Assembly: GCF_006345805.1 (NCBI RefSeq)
Contig: NC_043002.1
Span: 63,860,001 to 63,924,000 of the forward strand
DNA: 64,000 bases
DNA from: Octopus sinensis
Lineage: Eukaryota
Direction: 5' to 3'
Positions 56,481 to 64,000 of the stretch are shown piece by piece; position 1 is the first letter of the stretch, and every line of letters starts with the position of its first letter. The notes under the pieces were generated by a model. That model saw only the letters and a program-made list of their open reading frames with translations. It had not been told where the DNA came from and did no database searches. Both the position numbers and the translations under genes were made by a program.

Positions 56481-58319
56481 TAGTGGGGTGTAGAACTGCA
56501 CTAAATGTTTTGAACAATCAAATACAGATTTTAGATTTTAATGTGATCGCTCACTCTATCTTCGCAGTACTTGGAGTCTGATGATATATTTATCAGTTCA
56601 GCTTGGAAGACGGCGAACCTCTTAAAATGTTGACATACAAACTTTACAATAAGGAAATAGAAATTGTATTTACGTCAAGAAGTACAAAAAAGAATATTTA
56701 ATGGCAAATGCTCGTGCATGTTCCGAGGTTAAACTTTTCGGACATTACTGTTGGGTACTACATTATATTCACTAATATCATCAAAAATATATCCGGAAAA
56801 CAACTGCGTGAATGTGACTTATATCGTTGCCTTTCTAGGATAAGAATATATTTCAAACAAAGCAATTCTGAATTATAATTTAAAACATAATTCAAAGGTA
56901 CGTGTTGAAATAATTTAAAAGGAACTATTATCCAGTTATAAAATTTAAAATCAAATAGACCATTTATTTTTATGCGATTAATAGAGTAAATTTAAAATAT
57001 TTACTTTTGATATATTGAATATTATAAATGAGAAACAAATATGAAATATCAGTTGTATATATAATAAATTTTTAAATTACAATATAAAGCATATGTTTAG
57101 AATATTTTTTAAGGTGGTGACTTTTTCCTAAACGTAGCATTTAAATAAAATTAACAAAGCTTACTCACGCTTCTGAATTTACATGTTTTATCTACAGTAT
57201 TAACCAAAACATTAACTGATTTGCCTTAATGTGGAAGCGTTTGATAATTATGGATGGGAAAATTTTTAAACAATTTCACTTATTTTTATTGTAAAGCGAT
57301 GCACTTTAACAAATGATAAAATGATTCATTTTCAAATTATATGGATAATTCAAAGTAAACTACTCTCTTTATATACTCTGGATAGGAAAGGCTAAATTAA
57401 TACTACAATATTTATTAGATATGTTTGCAACTCTATAAAATAATGCGAAACCATGTGGATTCATTCCTGACGTATTCATCCATACTTCACATGACATTGT
57501 TTGTAATGTGTGTGTGTGTGCGTGTGTGTGTGTGTTAGTGAGTGAGTGTGTGTATGTGTGTGTATATTTGCTAGCAAAAACGTACTTATATATAAAATCG
57601 AAAAAACCTATTACGTTTGAAAGAAAGATAATAAGAAATTACAATAATTTCACGATGATTATGTAACAGAATGATATGCAAATGTACACGAAGTTATCAG
57701 AACAAATGCTTAATGAAATTGCTCATACAATTATTATTTGGTATACTACTTGAAGACGGCGAGCTGGCAGAACCGTTAGCACGCAGGGCAAAGTATTTGT
57801 GACATTTCGTCAGTCTCCGTGGTCCGAGCTTTTATTATCTGGAGACAACTGAAGGTCAAATACAATGTAGCACTTGATGAAGACATCATTGATACAGATA
57901 TGTGTATTAAAAATTAAAATTTCTCCCATTGGATTGTGGATATGTTGGGGCAACATATAGTCTAGGTTTAGTCGAACAAGTCAACCCAAGTAATCATTTG
58001 TATTCCTAGTACATATTTTATCAGACGTTTCTTACTGAAAACTTAAGTTACGAGGACGTAAACAAACTTACACCGATTGAAAAACCGCAGGCAAAAACAC
58101 AATGCTTGTGTGTGTATGCGTGTATGTATACATATACGAGAAAGAGGGAGCCGATATAAAATCAGCAACAAATGTACCCAGAGAGAGAGAGAAGGGGAGA
58201 CATGGTGTATTTTATAAATATGCCAAGTTAAAATATCATAAAAGCAGGGAACTATTAGCAGCTCTTTCGGTTTTGTATTAAATTAATACTCACCCCCAAA
58301 TATTTATTTACTGCTTTTT

Positions 58320-58616
58320 GCCTTTCGCAAACCTAGCCAGGCTTATGAGCCCGGTTTCCCGGTTTCCGTGGCGTATGTGTTCCCCTAATCTGGACGGGAC
58401 GCCAGTCCATCGCAGCACTACTCAGGAAACAGGAAGAAAGAGTAAGAGAAAGTTTGGGTGAAAGGCTACAACACCGGTCGCCACCACCCCCTGCCGGAGC
58501 CTCGTGGAGCTTTAGGTGTTTTAGCTCAATATACACACACAACGCACGGTCTGGGAATCGAAACCGCGATCCTCTGACCGCGAGTCCTCTGCCCTAAACA
58601 CTAGGCCATTGCGCCT

Positions 58617-58618
<2 letters not shown>
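58320..58618 (-). mobile_element. tRNA-derived SINE (family C head, body as 32489-32740)
   Basis: GGAGGCGCAATGGCCTAGTG..GGTTTCGATTCCC on the minus strand. Confidence 0.85.
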
Positions 58619-58661
<43 letters not shown>

Positions 58662-58666
58662 ATATA

Positions 58667-58752
<86 letters not shown>

Positions 58753-58854
58753 TATATATATATAATAAATTAATTTTACTCTGCTATGTATTGAGTACCT
58801 TATTTACTGTGGTTAACCCCGAATCAACCCGGGACCTACATATATATATATATA

Positions 58855-59110
<256 letters not shown>

Positions 59111-59674
59111 CTTAACTATATCACATTTAATGCAGAATCAACGTGTATGATTAATTTTCAGTGATGCATGAGAGGGATCCTTAGAAAGTATCACACATTT
59201 TGGCTATATTCATGCAGAAAGATTTGAAAGAAAAATATCGTATCACCGCTCGTACGATGACAAGCGTTTCTGTTGATCCGATCAATGGAACAGCCCGCTC
59301 GTGAAATTTACATGCAAGTGACTCACAACTCCTCAGTTTTTCGTACTCTTCATGTAGTTTGGCCTGACAAAGAGTATAGCAAAGCCGGACATTTGAATTA
59401 CAACTCATTTTTTTTTTCCAGCTGAGTGGATTAGATCACCATGAAATAAAATGTGTTCCCGCCACCGGGAATTGAATTCATGACAACGGTCATGAGCCCT
59501 TTACTCTGTGTAATAAGTCACGAATTAAACCGCAGACAGTTCAATCCTGACTAGACGCTGGCTCTCAGATATTGACAGACAAAGTTACTGCATTCAGGTT
59601 ATGCAGGACCAGAGTGTATTGATTCCCAGCATCAGGACCATTGCGTGATCAGGTATTACATTAGAATAGCCAAA

Positions 59675-59889
59675 CATTCTTTTCTACTCTATGCACAAGG
59701 CCTGAAATTTTGGGGGAGGGAGACAGTTTATTAGATCGTCCCCAGTACGCAACTGCTACTTAATTTATCAATCCAGGATGATGAAAGGCAAAGTCGACCT
59801 CGGCGGAATTTGAACTGAGAATGAAACGACGGACGAAGCACCGCTAAGCATTTCGCCCGGTATTCTATGGTTTCTGCCAGCTCGACGCC
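59675..59889 (-). mobile_element. SINE family B copy
   Basis: Reverse complement of the 33311 head and body. Confidence 0.8.
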
Positions 59890-59999
59890 TTTGGATAGCG
59901 TAGTGAGTCATCCTTCTGCGTGCAAATTACTAAAATTGCAACGATGTGCGAGTGAATGAATGAATGAATGAATGGGTTCTGAGAGTATTCAGAAAAGTA

Positions 60000-60480
60000 G
60001 GAAAAAGGGGAAACCATGTTGCGCCTCTGGATAGCATTCATTTTCGGTCACATGGATTACTGCTTCCAATAATGTTTACCATAAAGCGCCACTACACGAA
60101 GATTGTCCCATCGCAACAGATGGACTACTGAAGGAGGTTAAAAATACATGGAACTTTACCTACGGGTGGGAAGACGCAAAATATATGAAATGATATATAA
60201 CGAAAATTCTGGAAAATCTAGATTGCTATATCAATCTAGGAAATAGAAGCCACTTCATACTACAAAATTATAGCGTCATCTCCGTCCGTGTCAATAGCTA
60301 GTAAAATTTCAATAATTTGAGAAAAGGACAACGAGGTGTACATGTGGATACGCACGAAGAGCAATTACATAAAATAGTATTTAGTATATCATATGAAACC
60401 CAGCCCACATCAGGGCTAGAAAAGCAAATGACTCATTACTTCATCTGGGCAGGGAAGTGAGTCAAGCATAAGAAAGGTAA
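60000..60480 (+). mobile_element. Possible L1/Tx1-type ORF2 relic
   Basis: ..LHEDCPIATDGL.. and HYFIWAG fragments. It is decayed. Confidence 0.3.
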
Positions 60481-60818
60481 GTCCTATCAATCACCAGTTA
60501 CTATTTATATTCTTTCTTCAAACATCTTTCGTTGCCTTTTGCAACCTTGGGAATGGATGTTGCAACCTTCTCAACTTATTATTGACAAAGTTGAAATCGC
60601 AACGAAAATTTTGGAAGAAAATATATAAATAATAAATGAATGGAAATCGAACCTGTGAGTGTGTTAGATAATGAGGGATTAAGGCAATATGATTCTCCCC
60701 CGGTGCAATCTCTCTCTCTCTCACACACACACACTCTGTATATATATATATATATATATATATACGTTTAAATATTTGTTGTGCAAGATTTTTTATGTGA
60801 AGTCGTATGTTGAAACAG

Positions 60819-60965
60819 ATATTGTTATATTTCGGAATGGTCATATTGCCAGTTTAGACAATAAGATTAATGTAAAAAATAAATATCACTGAAGCAAAAT
60901 AACACCAAATATATAGTGCGTGTGTTTTTATTGGCTAAACTGGCAATATGACCATTCCGAAATAT

Positions 60966-60973
<8 letters not shown>
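60819..60973. mobile_element. 155-bp element with ~45-bp terminal inverted repeats (MITE-like), abutting (TA)n
   Basis: ATATTGTTATATTTCGGAATGGTCATATTGCCAGTTTAG, with its reverse complement at the right end. Confidence 0.7.
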
Positions 60974-61048
<75 letters not shown>

Positions 61049-61631
61049 TATATTTAATTCTGTGGTAATGCTTCAAGAAGTAGAATTCTACTCCATCAGC
61101 TAAAAGAGTAAAGATAATCTTAAAATAAAATGCATCAATCTTGCAATTACAGTTATCCAGAGTTTCCTGGTCGACATAATAATTTATTATGCCATTTATC
61201 AAGCTCAAAAACAAGACTGTTCCTTATTTGTCCTTTGAGCAGATAACGTTTAAACAAGAAACGCTTATAAAGAAGAAGACGAAAATGGTAAAAAAAAACC
61301 ACAAGGGCTATAGCCAACGTTACAATAATTAAATGTCAAGCAGATGTAAGCCAGATGTTAATGGCATAGTAAATGTCCGGTGGTGTACTTTTAAATTCCA
61401 ACATGATGTTTTTTTTTTAAATGTGGACATAAAGAACAAATCTCGTTCCTCGAATTTATTTATTCTTTGGGGGTTCTCAAGTATTTTAATATATTCAATT
61501 TTACAAGAGAGAACACTAGAAATTTATTGGACCAGTTAATTTAGGGTCTGGATTTAGAAGGAATTTTCCAGTTGATATCGATACTGATTCCAACGTCTTT
61601 AAGTTTTCAGTTTAAAACATCGACATTCTTC

Positions 61632-61871
61632 GGTATTTATTTCATCGATCCAAAAAGGATAAAATGCAAGGTCGATTTCGATGAAATTTGAACTCAGAAC
61701 GTAAAGACGGACGAAATGCTGGTAAGCAGCTTCTCGGTGTGCTAACGGCTCTGCCAGCAATGTTTCACTATTGCAAAGTTAATCCAGGGTTTGAATAGTT
61801 TGTCATTCAACAATAATAATTCTAGCAATTACAGTATCACTATGATGCTTTGCTTCAAATGTCAATTGCAA

Positions 61872-61930
<59 letters not shown>

Positions 61931-62420
61931 CGCACGCACACACACACACGCGGGCGAACACACAAACACACAAGCACACAAGCACACAATCGCACGCACA
62001 ATGATATATGCGCGTGTCTGTACAGACATAAACAGACACATTCGCACATTTATATGGCTGTGTGGCAAGTAGGTTGCTTGGTAACCACATGGTTCCTGGT
62101 TCAGTCCCACTACATGGCATCTTGGGAAAATATCATCTACTATAGACTCGGCCCGACCAAAGACGTGTGAGTGGATTCGGTAGACGGAAACTGAAAGAAG
62201 CTCGTTATATATACATATGTGTGTTTGTGTGTGTTTCCCCCCGATATCACTTGACAACTGATGTCAGCGTGTCTACGTCCCAGTTACTCAGTGGGTCGGC
62301 ATAACAGACCGATAGAATAAGTACTAGGGTTACAAAGAATAAGACCTGGGATCGATTTGTTCAACTAAAGGCGGTGCTCAAGCATGGGAACAATTGAATG
62401 ACTGAAACAAAAGAATGAAT
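61632..62420. mobile_element. SINE family B fragment (61632-61758, -) and SINE family A (62054-62420, +)
   Basis: Similarity to the family B and family A copies above. Confidence 0.8.
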
Positions 62421-62459
62421 AAAAGAAAATAGATAGATATAGATAGATAAAGAGATAGA

Positions 62460-62513
<54 letters not shown>

Positions 62514-62514
62514 C

Positions 62515-62583
<69 letters not shown>

Positions 62584-62592
62584 TATATATAT

Positions 62593-62624
<32 letters not shown>

Positions 62625-62799
62625 ATATATATATAATATATATATGCATCTATCTAGGTGTTGGAGTGGCTGTGTGGTAAGTAGGTTGCTTAGTTCCGGT
62701 TACACAGAATGCAACACTAGTTGGTCTGGACTGTTACAGTGAGAAGATCTGAGTGTCGGCTCCGTGAATAGAAAAAAGAACAAAAAGTAATTTGTCAAT

Positions 62800-64000
62800 T
62801 ATTGCTTGTTATGGTGAGCAAAATACTGGGTTCTCGTCACTGTAACCGTTAATTGAGAATTTTGCTTGAAAATTCTTTTTCTAAATTCTAGTGGGCGTAT
62901 CTCGCCAAAAAAAATACAATTTTTCCGAACTTCAAGAATAAGCCATTTGGATTACCTTTTTGGAGTATTATACAAAGGACTCGCTGTCTGTGCTATTTGT
63001 GAGGTTTTTCTTTTACTTTTCCCTTCTTCTATTTTTTCTTTGTTTCTAAATTTTGGTTCATTCTTTTCATTATTTTAATTTCAGTTTCCTTTCCTCCTCT
63101 TTTATTTTGTTTTATTTTATTCGGTTTAATTTTTTGGCAGACTCTCTTTTGAACTACTTTTGAACTGTTTTTTGACATGGCAGAGAAGGAACTTAAAAAG
63201 AAAAATTCTGTCTTACAGAGGAAAATTCACCCGCCTAAGCAGTGGTTAAATGATATGGAGGAGAAGACGATGGTGCTTAGAACTTATTCTAAAGTTCTTA
63301 ATTCTATCACCGTCTTCCCAAAACAAGTTATAAATAATGAACTTAAAGACTATTTGTCCGCTTTAAAATATATATCCCGTGGTGTCAAACATGCAACTGT
63401 ATTGTTGCTGTTTGACAACGAGGAAAAGGCTCGCCAGTTTGCGAGTCAGCCTTTAGAAGGCAAGGAAATTCTGTTCCTGCCGTCATATTGCGAGAGGAAA
63501 TTAATAAGAGCCTAGGTATGTGGGTTGCCCCAAGGCACCGAAGCAGATTGGATTGAGGATACCGTCCGACGGGGACTGGGGGATGGCGGGCCCAGGCTCT
63601 TAAATGTAAGGGTAGCCTCTTCAACTCAAAAAGGATTAAAAAGGAACCGAAGGCTTCGGGAGGCGGGGGAGAGTCTCCGGACAAAGCGGAAGAGCTACAC
63701 TCTCCCGAAATAAGGGAGAAAAGAAACAAAAAGGAGGAAGAAGAACGGGTCATCTGAACGGGAAGATGATGTGCTGTCTGCATGTCCCGAAGTTGTGCCA
63801 CGCACGGTGGAAGAAATCACCCCCAACCTTAAAGATGATCAATTAATTATTTTTTCTATAAAGGTGTGGAGGTGGAAATATAGTAGAAGAACATAAAGAG
63901 ACAGTAGATATGCCCTTCACACGGGATCCCGAATGGCCTCCGCAGATAGCTGTGGAGGTCATAAGGTTTCCCTTGTGAGAAAGGCTTAAAGAATTTGGGG
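62800..64000 (+). mobile_element. ORF1/gag-like repeat element, paralogue of 28985-30330; runs off the window end
   Basis: ORF 63177-63515 and the continuing PQGTEADWIE..RLLNV align to the 29-30 kb copy. Confidence 0.6.

Overview
Repeat-dominated, AT-rich eukaryotic genomic DNA. The SINE families and microsatellite load suggest an octopus or related cephalopod (inference). No intact host protein-coding gene was identified. Most long ORFs in the track are translations of (TA)n, (ATT)n, (CA)n and (CTT)n microsatellites. The window holds two decayed mariner transposons (one full length with TIRs), many R4/Dong-type LINE fragments abutting (TAA)n tracts, RTE, CR1 and L1/Tx1-like relics, several tRNA-derived SINE families, Penelope-like element (PLE) remnants and two paralogous ORF1-like elements. 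The standout signal is a ~2.3-copy tandem array of a hairpin-rich 491-nt unit (49619-50754). Each full unit contains an intact type I hammerhead ribozyme with a self-complementary helix III, which makes it a candidate retrozyme / self-processing circular RNA. A third intact hammerhead lies ~90 bp downstream on the opposite strand. A minimal PLE-type hammerhead and four decayed ones are scattered elsewhere. All folds were derived by eye and none was tested computationally or biochemically. Boundaries of decayed elements are approximate.
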